Assembly (NCBI GenBank): GCA_003427395.1
Contig: BFEA01000029.1
Span: forward strand, 5,185,085 to 5,249,084
DNA length: 64,000 nt
Reading direction: 5' to 3'
From: Chara braunii
Lineage: Eukaryota; Plantae; Charophyceae
Part shown: positions 13,437 to 23,958 of the stretch, in pieces
Numbering within the stretch: the first letter of the stretch is position 1
Layout of the letters: each line of letters begins with the position of its first letter
Position numbers and translations under genes: made by a program
The notes under the pieces: generated by a model
Seen by the model: only the letters and a program-made list of their open reading frames with translations
Told to the model about the DNA's origin: nothing
Databases searched by the model: none

Positions 13437-13957
13437 TGGGAATGAACTTGGGCCTGGTATGCAGGCCGATACTTTCACGAATTATTTGGCCTGAGAGGCT
13501 GGCCTGCGCGCACGTTTTTTGATAACTGTCCGGAAGTATGATCTCATGGCACTCTCGACAGTTGGGATGAACCAGGGCCTGGTATGCAGACCGATACTTT
13601 CACGGATTATATGGCCTGAGGAGCAGGCCTGCTCACACGTTTCTTGATAACTGTCTGGAGGTACGATCTGATTCCACTCTCGACAGTTTGGATGAACCTG
13701 GGCCTGGTATGCAGGCCGATACTTTCATGAATCATTTGGCCTGAGAGGCTGGCCTGCACGCACGTTTCTTGATAACTATCCGGAAGTACGATCTGATGGC
13801 ACTCTCGATAGTTGGGATGAACCTGGGCCTGGTATGCGGGCCGAGACTTTCGCAAATTGTTTGACCTGAGAGGCAGGGCTGAGCATACGTTTCTTGATAA
13901 GTGTCTGGAGGTGCTGTCTGATGGCACTCTCGACCGTTAAAATGAACTTAGGCCTGA
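13437..13957. repeat. ~125-bp tandem array (~4 units) in the LTR U3 (copy at ~31912-32432)
   Basis: gatgaacc.gggcctggtatgc recurs at ~13440, 13565, 13690, 13815, and partially at 13940. Confidence 0.9.
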
Positions 13958-14187
13958 CGCTCAAGCAGAGGTCTCCGAGGATTTTTTCGAAATTGTCGAA
14001 GGTTATGTGATGCGGCTCATATCAGTTATCATGTACCTGAGCCTGGTGTACAGGCCGATGCATCCAATAATTTTGTTGTTATTATCTGTCTGAGGTCGCA
14101 CTCACGAAAGCTTGGGTAAGGAGGCTATTGGTTGGTGGAGAAGGAGGAACTGGGGATTGATCACGGGGAAGGATGGGAGGAAAAAGG

Positions 14188-14194
14188 TATAAAA
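14188..14194 (+). promoter_or_regulatory. Putative LTR TATA box (copy at 32666-32672)
   Basis: TATAAAA conserved in both LTRs, followed ~150 bp later by a (GA)n tract. Confidence 0.5.
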
Positions 14195-14337
14195 GAGAGG
14201 AAGTGGGATAGATTTAGAGAGGAGGCGCACAGGAGAAGGGGCAGGCACGAAGCGCACGCACAGACTAGTGTTCCGCGCTCGTAGCGAACTGCGTAGCGCT
14301 GCACCCGATCTCTAGAGGGAGAGAGGGAGAGAGAGCC

Positions 14338-14339
<2 letters not shown>

Positions 14340-14398
<59 letters not shown>

Positions 14399-14505
14399 AG
14401 AAGTACGGCCATAGCCAGAGAGAGGGAGAGAAAGAGAGGGAGAGACAGAGAGATAGGACGTACGGCCATAGCCAGAGAGAGAGCGGAGAGAGAGACAGAG
14501 AGAGT
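14340..14505. repeat. (GA)n microsatellite in the LTR (copy at ~32790-32905)
   Basis: Long AG dinucleotide run. Confidence 0.95.
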
Positions 14506-14524
14506 GAAGTGCTGCCCTCTGTTC

Positions 14525-15380
14525 CCCGTGAGTGCTTCGCGCCCCCTTAACCGAGCACCACAGATATGACCAAGTGATATTGTCGGTTCTCCGTGGAGCG
14601 CTTCACGCTCTCTGTACATGTGCAATACGTGCTACCAAGTGCAGATGTTGATGACCGAGGGATATTGTCTGCTCTCTGTGGAGCGCTTCAAGCTCTCCGT
14701 ACCTGCGCCATCCGCGCGACCAAGAGCTGATGCTGATATCCGCCCGTCGTGAGCGCTTCATGCTCTCCCTACCAAGCTCCATACTTGCGACCAGGTGATA
14801 TTGGTTGTTCTCCGTGGAGCGCTTCACGCTCCCTGTACCTGCGCCATACGCGCGACCAAGAGCTAATGCTGATTTCTGTTCGTTGTGAGCGCTTCACGCT
14901 CTCTGTACCTGTGCCATACGTGCGACCAAGTGTTGATGCTGATTTCCGTTTGTTGGGAGCGCTTTACGCTCTCCTGATCGAGCTCCACACGTGCGACCTG
15001 GTGATATTGTCTGTTCTCCGTGGAGCGCTTCACGCTCTCTGTACCTGCGTCGCACGTGCGACCACGAGCTGATACTGATTTTCGTTCGTGGTGAGCGCTT
15101 CACGCTCTCCTTGTCAAGCATCATACGAGCGACCACGGGATGTTCTCTGTCCTCCGTGAGCGCTTCACGCTCTCGGTACCTGCGTCATATGCACGACCAG
15201 GAGCCGATCGTCATGCGAACGACCGAGTGCTGATTTCGGTTTAGTGTGAGCGCCCTTCGCTCTTTGAACCTGTGCCATACGCACGGTCAAGTATTGTTCA
15301 CTGTCCCTGAGAGCGTTCGCGCTTTCTGCACATGTACGAGCAAGAGTCGTCCGCGCTCCTCACTGAGCTCCCTTCGAGTG
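14525..15380 (+). repeat. Minisatellite of ~12 units (65-90 bp), each with palindromic core GAGCG-CTTCA-CGCTC (copy at 33476-34075)
   Basis: Core seen near 14530, 14596, 14681, 14751, 14817, 14887, 14958, 15023, 15093, 15158, 15248 and 15312. Confidence 0.9.
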
Positions 15381-16049
15381 ACCGAGGGTTGTTCGCCTTT
15401 CAGAAGACGACTTCTCTCTTCCTGTACCATACTCAGGACCAGAAAGGGTCTTCGCAGCTTCGGGAGGTTTTTACCGGCGCTGGACCATTCTATCGTCCTT
15501 TTTTTGTTCTGTTTTAATCAGCTCCCCATTCGAATCTGTTTGGTGGCGTTCGACTGTGACTAGGCTATTCTGCATTTTCTTTCAGCTCACTATCCAAGTC
15601 TTTTTGCCACGGCTCGACCGCGGCTGGTTTATTCGCTTGCTTTTCTCAGAAGTCTGTTCGGTTCGCAGAAAAGACCTCGGGATTCGCTCTGTTGAGACCA
15701 AGCTCTTCAGTTTTTTCTTTCATCCTCAAAGACCGTTGTCTTCTCCTGATCACCAGCGTGAGGCTGTCAGCCATTCCATCGGCGCTCCCTCCTAGGGGGC
15801 GGTAGGTCGACAGGTGGACGGAAGCAAATGCGAACTAGAGAAAGGGATGAGTGAGAGAGAGAGAGAGAGAGTAAAGAAAGGTGAGAGAAGAAGAGAGGGG
15901 GGGAAGAGAGCTGCCGCTTGCGAACGTCTGTGGTTTCTCAGGAGAAGTAGAAAGAGAGAAGCTCTCAGAGGGAGAGGGAACGCAAGTTGAGGAGGCTACT
16001 TCGACGGGACCCCTCCATGAGCGTGCTGGGATGAGCTGGTCGCCATCTA

Positions 16050-16470
16050 TAGCTCGTACTTTGGTAACTTCAGTCCCCTCATTGCTCTTTGGCTTTACAG
16101 CTTGCCGAATATATAGTTGCTCTTTGGTTCCGAACTTGTCAAGGCTCTTTGCTTGTTGATCTTGTTGTCGTCTCCAGCTCGTTGTTATCTGTGTACTTTG
16201 GTAACTTTGTTTCCCCATTGCTCTTTGGCTCTACAGGTTGCTGAACATGTAGTTGCTCTTTGGTTCCGAACTTGTCGAGGCTCTTTGCTTGCTAAGCTTG
16301 TCGCCGTCTCAAGCTCGTTGTTATTTGTGTACTTTGGTGACTTTGTTTCCCCCTTGCTCTTTGGCTCTACAACTTGCTGAACATGTAGTTGCTCTTTGGT
16401 TCCGAACTTGTAGAGGCTCTTGGTCCCACAACTTGCTGAGCTCGTGGTCGCCTCGAGCTCGTCACTGTAC
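16050..16470. repeat. 136-bp tandem array in the LTR U5 (copy at ~34735-35290 has one extra unit)
   Basis: ttgctctttggttccgaacttg recurs every 136 bp (16117, 16253, 16389 in the 5' LTR; 34802, 34938, 35074, 35210 in the 3' LTR). Confidence 0.9.
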
Positions 16471-17199
16471 GTGTCCCCTGATCTCAATTAAGTCAATTCC
16501 TTGATTTCACGTGGCTCTTTGGACTTGCCGCCGTCGCAAGCTCGTTTGTTATCCTTGTTCCCTACCCTCAGTTAAGCAAGTTCTTTGTGTTTACGTTGCT
16601 CTTTGAGCACAGATCACATACCGCGAGCTCAACAAGCTCAGCAAGTCCTTCGACTTTGCGATTGCTGGCTGGCCGTCCTTTCTAACACGTTGACTCCACT
16701 AACACTGTTGACAACTCTCGAGCTTGTCGACCAAGCTCGTTGATTTTACCAGCAATATTCACAGCTCGCCGAGGTTGTCATTACTCCTTAGGTGTTACGG
16801 GCGAGGGTTACAGCTCGCTGAGCCGGGCGGTCGGTAAAAGGGCGATTTCCCAGCTCGTCGCATCTTGAGTTAGCTGGTTCTCAGTTGATATTCCCGGGGC
16901 GAGGAACGGTTCGGTGCCTGTGACCCGGTACCCCCCCCCCCGTTCTCGGGGGCGGAACGAACTCGACACCGGTAAGCCGCGGAAAGGAAAGCTTAGCCGT
17001 CGGACAAAAGCTAATGGGAAATACGTAAGACGCCGGGTCATTCAAAAGCTCTTATCTGCGCCCCCGGTAGAGGCCACAAAGCCACTAACTTGCTCCCTCG
17101 CCTGGGATAGAGCGTGGCCATCGAGTAGAAGGAGAAAGGGGGGGTCCTGAGAAGGCGAGACGGGAAGGCTGACTGGTCAGAGGGACAACCCTGACAAAG

Positions 17200-17216
17200 T
17201 GGCGCCGTTGCCGGGG
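17200..17216 (+). promoter_or_regulatory. Primer-binding site complementary to the tRNA-Asp 3' end
   Basis: tggcgccgttgccgggg 3 nt after the LTR end; this PBS type is also used by plant Athila elements. Confidence 0.92.
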
Positions 17217-17717
17217 TTGAGCATTTCTCCCGCGGCCTCGGCCGGCTCAGCAGCTACGGGGTAAGGGAGGACCAGCGTGACAGGCAGCGGTAGGGTGAGT
17301 TTGAAGTGTTCTGCAAATTTTCGGCATCAAGTCCTTCGGCACGAGTCTTCAAGGTAGTCCCCAACGGATTCTCCACGGTGATCACGGTTCTTCTCGAGCG
17401 GCATCGCCGAGGGGTTTATTGGGGAGGGTTTGTTTGTCGGGTGCGAGGAGTTTTGGGTGTTGGGTTCGTCTCCTTGGCTTTTGTAGGTCTGCTCCGGCCC
17501 GCTTGCCATCTCGGCTCCCACTTCTGTCCTTCGAGGAGTAAAGCAGGTCATTTCCGTTTTTTGTGTGCTTGGTTTTTTGCGCATGTTTATTTCTGAAAAT
17601 TTAAAAATTAAGGGGGAGCACAGTTTGCTTGAGGGGTCTGAATTAGGGTGAAGAACAACGCAAGGGTGGGAAGAAGAACAGTCCGAGAAAACAGTGTAAG
17701 GGGGTCTGCTCGAGGGG

Positions 17718-17771
<54 letters not shown>

Positions 17772-18808
17772 GGGTCCGAGGGGGTCCGGTAGCGCTGTCT
17801 ATTTGGGACCCAAGGGGGTCGCCGAGTATTCTTGACCCGCACGGGTTGTGGAGGGCACCTACCCGGGGGCAAAGTCCCGCACGAGAGAGTGTGTCTAGAG
17901 AGGGGTTAGGGGCTTCGGTTCTCGACCCGCAAGGGCTGACGATGGTTCCAACTACCGCAAGGGAGCGGGACTCTCAAACGGGACCGGTTCGGGACTTGGG
18001 GGAGAGGAGAGTGGTGTTACGGGTACCGGGGCGAGGGGGAGAGAGAGACACACCTACCCGTCTTAGCAAGGGCATTAGAGAGGAAGGGGGTACTTGGGGG
18101 ACCTTGGACGAGGGATCGGAGGCCGAATCCTGGGTGGACCGGTGACTAGCCGATTTCTCGGACTCGGACCTGGGGGACTATTGGGATTATGATAATGAGT
18201 ATTGAAGACACGAGGTACGTATGCTTGTCAACCCAACCTGAGAGCCTCTTCCTAAAACTCCGCTTTACCCACCCCATTTTTTTCTGATTTCCCGATATTC
18301 CCGTGATTCCAAGAGAGAAAAGAGGCAGCGGGAGGCGGAAAAGGACGAAGGGAACAAAGTGCGAAGAGTTCACGATGAGGAGAATGGGGGGGGAGTAGAT
18401 AGACTAGTGATTTCTGATAAATAGGTGGATCTTGTCCTGGGACCCGGGTAATTCCACGCTTGAGGTGGGCCGAGTAGAGGCGTGGTACCGGATAGGCTAA
18501 CTTAGGATTAGAGGTCGGTTCAGTGGGGGACATAGGAGCCGGGTGTGTGACTTCGGTCCGACTCCGGGGAGGGGGTTGTCACCCTTCCTTGGGGATAACC
18601 TGTGTCCGCGGCTAGTCTCTAGGCTGGGAGTGGGGGGAAGTCTCTCAGCGGGGGAGGACAAGAAGGTAGCCGAGTGAGACGGCGTTCCTTCTCTGGTCCA
18701 TTTGCTCCTTCTGAGCTCACAGGCTTCTTCTCCTTGCGGGATAGAGGTGGTCTCTCGAGTAGCTAAAAAAAAATAGGGACTTAGGGAATCTTCCTTTTAT
18801 TATATTGC

Positions 18809-19169
18809 ATGAGTTTGGAAGCCGTTCCGGAGTGGATTAACGTGTGTACGTACGGAAGTGTTGACGTGTGGTGTTTACTTCTTCCGGCTATGGATGGGTG
18901 ACTTTGATGTGGGTGACTATGTAGAGGAGGAACAAGATCAAGGAGAGGACTTCCTTCGTGGGTGGGAAGAGGCGATAGGCCACTCTCGTGGTTCGCGGGA
19001 GGAATTGAGGGGTTATGGATGCAAGTATTTTTACTCCCTTGGATACCGAACCTACCCCAGAGGTGGTCGCCCGGCGCTGGTAATTCCGGACGCTTATCTC
19101 GATGGATCAGATGAATGGAAAGTGTTAGTGGGGATTGTGGAGAGAGTGGTGAAGGCGATGAATCCATGA
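18809..19169 (+). pseudogene. Accessory ORF A (~119 aa, family I), one 1-nt frameshift
   Basis: ATG 18809 MSLEAVPEWINV…VDVWC; an extra T near 18875 shifts into YFFRLWMGDFDV…AMNP*. Aligns end-to-end with ORF B. Confidence 0.75.
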
Positions 19170-19531
19170 GCTTGAGGCCTTTGGAGTTTCAACCTGCAGG
19201 AATTAGTGTAGGAGATCGAGGCGGAGTAGAGGTGTGGTGCTATACCTTGTACTGGTGGACCGGCCACTTCGACATAGCCTTGTACGTAGAAGAGGGTGTT
19301 GATAGAGAGGCATGATACTTGGATAGCTGGGAGGAAGCGGTCGGTCATGCACAACTCGAGAGACAACTGCTGGGGGCTTACGAGATTAACTACTTCTACT
19401 CGTTGGGGTGTAGGACGTATTCACGAGGGGGCAGGCCTGTTCCTACTATATCGGAAACCTTCTTAGACGGATCGGACGGGTGGAGAGCACTAGTTCAAAT
19501 CATAGAGGAGATAATCCAAGGGGATGGTTAG
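19166..19531 (+). pseudogene. Accessory ORF B (~121 aa, family I), one internal stop
   Basis: ATG overlaps the ORF A stop (ATGA). The frame continues through TGA 19313-19315 to …EIIQGDG*. Confidence 0.8.
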
Positions 19532-20258
19532 GATTATCGAGGGTACTGAAGAAGAAGGGGCTCTAATAGAGAAAGCAGATTTAAGCAAAGTCAGGGAGTG
19601 CTTTAGCGTCCCTTTAGATCACCGCACCGAGAGGTATTTAGCCGGCCGGGAGAGGGGATTGGAGCTAGAACGAGGGGTTTTCCTTTGGGCTCGTTTCGCA
19701 GTAGGGACTTGGGAAGGGGACAGGTGGTCCCGGAACAGGCCCCATAACGGGAAGAGACCCAGGCGAACGGTGATCCGTGCGGAAGGAACTGTCTACTTAA
19801 GTAAGGAGGTCTGGGTCGATTACGTCACTCACTTGGTCCTGGGTTGATACCGTGCGGATCATTGGGAGGCACGAGCGGGTCCGATTTTGAGGCAGATCTT
19901 TGAGGCGGAGCCCCTTAGACACTGCCCACCAGTTGAGGTAAGGGTGACCTGCGCGCAAGACGAAGAGTACCCCCGCGCCGCAGGGTGCATCAGAGTCATA
20001 TTCCTGTCATTCGTTTTTCAAAGAGTGAGCGGAAAGGAGGAGCGATACGAGAGGGTTGTGCGGTCCATAGTGCGAGAAAGGGGGTGGCAGCTCTCTGTTA
20101 GGTCGCTCCATTGGTACTACACCTATTGTGTGGATAACCCGGTACCATACGGGATCAAGGCATGTAGGATTCATGCGGGGATCTTCAGGGAGTCTACCCG
20201 GGACCGCGAGGGAGGAAGGGACTACGGATACCAAAGAGTCTTCGGGGTACCACAGTGA
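19524..20258 (+). pseudogene. Accessory ORF C (~244 aa, family II), one internal stop
   Basis: Track ORFs 19524-19847 and 19887-20258 are in the same frame across TGA 19845-19847; colinear with ORF F. Confidence 0.78.
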
Positions 20259-20271
20259 ATGTTCTAAATGA

Positions 20272-20924
20272 ATGGTGTTCCATGATAGAGAGCAGGGATG
20301 CTTCTTAGAGTCCTCTTTAGAGGACCGTGAGGCCCTTAGGCTGGTCCCTAGCAACGGGGAAGTCCCTGATTGGGAAAGGATAGAAGGGGGGAGGTCCACG
20401 GTTGGTGGGGGATTCGTGTGGGTAGAATCCAAAGAAATAGAAGGCCAAGGTCTTGGGCGAAGTCTTGAAGTAACCGCGGTTATTTTCATAGCACCGGAGG
20501 CTTGGACAAAGCTTGTAGTACCCCTAATTCTGGGACAAGGGGGTGGGCTGGAAAAATTGTTGCGAGAGGCGAGAGAGGTAGAGGGGAATGGATGAGTAGG
20601 GTTAGAGAGCGATTTGCATTCGTGTCCGTGGAAAGGGAGAGGTTCACGAGGGAAAGAGAGCTTTCGAGGTCAAGTTACCCATTAACTGTGAGGGTGCCGT
20701 CTTACGTATTCCCTAGAGCAAACGAGGGAAAGATAGTGTGTCCTTCAGGGACCTGTGGATACTGTATACGCACTGCATCGATCAGGGTATTCCGCCGCAA
20801 AAAACTCTGGGGTGTTTTCAGGAGATTAGGATCTCTTGAAAAACCCTTCACTCTCTCTCCTGAAAAATATCGCAGGTGGGTCTTTAGAACGACGATAGCA
20901 GATGGTGAAGTTTATGCTCAGTGA
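20272..20924 (+). CDS. Accessory ORF D/E (family II): two ATGA-coupled ORFs (20272-20595, 20592-20924) or one frameshifted ORF
   Basis: The D part has GFVWV…EVTAVIFIAPEAWTKLVVPLILGQ; the E part has VPSYVFPR resembling the C-terminal half of ORF C. Confidence 0.65.
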
Positions 20925-21630
20925 AAACGGGGTGGTGGAATCGATAGAGGCCAGTGACACCGAGAAGGTTTTAGTCCCGGGGGACCCTCAAGTGATTCCT
21001 TATTGGATGAGCGTTGAGAAAGGGGGATTGCTCAGAGAAGGGGCCTACGTGTGGGTTCGAGCTCGAAGGCTCACTTGGAAGGAAGGTGTGGAAAGAGGAG
21101 GTCCCCCCGACCTCGGTCGCTTCCTGGAGATTCGGGCTACCATTTTTTTCAACGAAGAGGTGTGGACCGAAGTCTGGAGAGGATTGGTGACCGGGCAACT
21201 TACGCATTTTGAATACCGAGAATCCGCGAGGCTGTTGGCAAACAATCTAGTGTTAGCTGACTACGAGGAAGGAACTTTCGAGTCGTGGTCACTAGTGTCC
21301 TTCGCCGAGCCAGGAGAGGTCCCTCGCGCGTCCGGGGTCCTCCACCCTAACCTACCCCAGTTCGTGGTCAGTTCGTTCCTAAGAGATTCAGAGGAGAAAG
21401 TAGTAGCAGTGCTTAGAGCGGCTTAAGAATCCGGGGTGCGGGCTAGGGGTTTGTTCTGGCTTTATACTCGGTGCGTGGACGCGGGAGTTCCCCCAAGAAG
21501 TGAGTTGTCCGCCATATTCGGGAGGTTGAGAGAGTTTGAGGGGCTCCGATCCCTCGTCGCGGACGTTCCGTACGCCCGCCTCTTCGGAGAAGAGCAGGTG
21601 TCTAACCGACGGGGTTTCGAGGGTCGATGA
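20902..21630 (+). pseudogene. Accessory ORF F (~242 aa, family II), one internal stop
   Basis: 20902-21426 and 21436-21630 are in frame across TAA 21424-21426; motifs GAYVWV, ATIFFNEEVW, LFWLYTRCVD, YARLFG. Confidence 0.78.
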
Positions 21631-22385
21631 TAAGGGGGATACCGAGAACTCTCTAGGCATCCATAAAACCCGTGGAGGATACCGGGGAGGTTGTCAGTGT
21701 CACTCTGCCTAGTGTCAGATTGACTGAGCCGACTAGGACTCTCTTGCGAGAAGAAGGGGAGATCCGGCGCGGTAAGGCTTTCATACGATTTGCAGTGAGT
21801 CGCGAAGGGAAGGTAGTAGTTGGAGAAGCCCGAATCTTCCTTTCGAAGAAGGGCCTTGTTGAGATAGCGCATAGCTTACGGATTGGGCAGGACCCTCTCT
21901 GGGACGCTCGAGCCGTGAGAGGCCGGCTAGGAGAGTTAGTAGAGGAATTGAGGCCTCACGAAGGGTGCGACGAGGAATGTCTAGTGACCTACGAGGGTTG
22001 GGAAGAAATACCGCGGTTCCTTTCCAGTGAGCCGGTAGAGGTCCCCCGTTTCATTTTTGAACGGGTTTACCCCTCCGAGGCTGTTAAGAGGGCGGTAGAA
22101 AGAACGGTTTCCATCCTAAGTCAGTTCAGGTTCACGGGATCGGATCTCCACATCTTGTTAACTTGGTGTTTTCGAGATCCTTATAAAGACGATTGATAGA
22201 CTCTAGAGGACCTGGGTTACGCCTTCGAAGGTTAGGGTCGATATGCGAGGGAGTCTAAGATATCGTGGAGATACTTAGGTAAGATCTGCGAGGGAGAGCT
22301 AGCGAGGTTGGACCCCTCAGACTTGATTCGGATAGCAATTGCGTGTCGTCGACGGAAGTTAGGGGATGATCGAGCCGGACCTTGA
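21627..22385 (+). pseudogene. Accessory ORF G (family II), several internal stops
   Basis: ATG 21627 overlaps the F stop (ATGA) and is in frame with track ORF 21672-22196. The read-through tail LGKICEGELARLDPSDLIRIAIA resembles the ORF I tail. Confidence 0.7.
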
Positions 22386-22554
22386 GGAGCTTGTGGGGCT
22401 GGATAGAGTAAGGGAAGAAGTTCACCGGATCCTTGCTCTGTGCTGGGAGGAAGAAAGGAGGGCTAGGCCGGGGTCCTTAGCCAGGATCAAGCTACTTGAG
22501 ACAACTGCAATCGATATCCTAGACGAGGTAACGATAGATCTTCTCACGCAGTGA
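22366..22554 (+). CDS. Small accessory ORF (62 aa), or frameshifted tail of ORF G
   Basis: ATG start, same composition as neighbours, and fills the gap between G and H exactly. Confidence 0.45.
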   Translation: MIEPDLEELVGLDRVREEVHRILALCWEEERRARPGSLARIKLLETTAIDILDEVTIDLLTQ

Positions 22555-22558
22555 GGGG

Positions 22559-23035
22559 ATGAGAGCTTCGTTTGTGTCCAATAGGATCCGTTGGGGATTA
22601 GAGACCTACGAGGACGGTAGCGAAGTTAGGGTTGAAGGGAGTGCAGAGCTTAACCCGGAATTGGGAGAGGACCGGGTAGTCCGCGCCGAGACAAAATTTC
22701 TAGTGGAGGTCCGACGACTGGCCTTATGGAAAAAAAGAAGCTGGACCACGCTAGCTACCTTTTCAGTCCACATTAGAGACGCGAGTGGCGTGAGGTTCTC
22801 GAGGACTTGGAGGGAGCCTTTGTTGGAAGTAGAAAGAAAATTCGAGGAGGACTCTAGGTATCTAGGAACGCCACTGACATCTAGGGCACACCTTGTGGAG
22901 ACCCGATTTTGGTATAGGTCGGGAGATTACGAAGAGGCTTTGCGCCGAACACTGGAAGAGGACGAAGAGACTGGACACGCCAGGTGCGAGGACTCGCTGG
23001 CAGCGGCCGCCGCAAGGTTGACCGACGTAAGGTGA
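22559..23035 (+). CDS. Accessory ORF H (158 aa, intact, unknown function)
   Basis: ATG 4 nt after the previous stop; uninterrupted; no visible similarity to families I or II. Confidence 0.65.
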   Translation: MRASFVSNRIRWGLETYEDGSEVRVEGSAELNPELGEDRVVRAETKFLVEVRRLALWKKRSWTTLATFSVHIRDASGVRFSRTWREPLLEVERKFEEDSRYLGTPLTSRAHLVETRFWYRSGDYEEALRRTLEEDEETGHARCEDSLAAAAARLTDVR

Positions 23036-23043
23036 AGACCCGG

Positions 23044-23939
23044 ATGATTCGATACGAGAAGGGGGCCCCGTTGGTACCATAGAGAGGGCTTGGACGTGGG
23101 GAGGAAGATATGGAGTAAATCTCCCGAGAGTTAGAGGGGATTGATGTGACTACCGAGTTCTTCGAAATTTACGAGCAGGAGACAGTGGTCAGGTTTTCAG
23201 TGGCGTCCGAGGGGAACAGTTGCACGAGAAAGGCGGAAATTTTTTTGTCCCCTGACGCCCGGCTAATCTTCGCAACTGAATTGGCGGAAGGGAAAGATCC
23301 TCTAGGCATCGCCAATAGGGCCCTAGAACGAGTAAGGAGATTGAGAGGGGGTGGCACGGAGAGCCCCGTGATTGACAAGGTAGAGTACCGAGGGAGGACA
23401 GAAGTTCCAAGGGCAGCCCATGGGAGAACTTGGGATATCCCTACCTGGGCCTATCGACTGCTCTATGCTGACAACGAGACCGTGAGGAGAGTTTTGTTGA
23501 GGGGTCAGGTGATAGAAAAATTCCCGTTGGGTGAAGAAGGGGGACACGAGTTATTCACCTAGTGTTGGGAGTCGAGAGAAGACACCGACTTCGAGTGGTG
23601 GGCGCGCGTTGGGGAGTTCATCAAGCCCCTGTTCTCCGGACAAGCTGGTGATGTGGAGTCGTGGACAGGGATTTGATTAGGAGGTGTGCGCAAGAAGGGA
23701 TTAGGGGCATCTCGAACCTGGAGATCGCGAATCTTGCATTGGCTGCTAGCGAGGAGAAGAAACTGAGGGATTCTTGGTGGACGGTGACCAGCGAGGAGTC
23801 GGAGGGAGAGGGTGCTGACGAGGATTCTAGTGAGGAGAAGGGGGGATTGGAGGAAGAAGAGAATTCAGAAGATACCGCAGACAGTAGTGAGAGGGACGAG
23901 CCGGAAGGTAACGCGGACGATAGTGAGGGAGGCGACTAG
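23044..23939 (+). pseudogene. Accessory ORF I (family II) with acidic C-terminal tail; stops and frameshifts
   Basis: Starts MIR like ORF G. VRFSVASEG…KAEIFLSPDARLIFATELAEGKDPL aligns to G IRFAVSREG…EARIFLSKKGLVEIAHSLRIGQDPL, and ELFT*CW to LLTWCF. Ends in a D/E/S-rich tail. Confidence 0.72.
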
Positions 23940-23958
23940 AAATTGCCAATAAGGGTGC

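Larger units (their letters stand above)
12553..17196 (+). repeat. 5' LTR (4,644 bp)
   Basis: Begins tgtcgagcggctgcccagcagccgaggg and ends gggacaaccctgaca; colinear with 31029-36006. Confidence 0.96.

Noticed and set aside
14525-15380. CRISPR array (palindromic repeats at regular spacing)
   Set aside because: The spacers are homologous to each other, there are no cas genes, the context is eukaryotic, and the array is duplicated in both LTRs. It is a minisatellite.
12919-17150. ORFs inside the giant LTRs (and their 31-35 kb twins)
   Set aside because: They arise from tandem repeats and GA tracts, have no domain signal, and recur only because the LTR is duplicated.
19100-23050. Shine-Dalgarno or TURBS (UGGGA) motifs before the cassette starts
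   Set aside because: The region is G/A-rich throughout and the motifs are not at a consistent distance; not distinguishable from background by eye.
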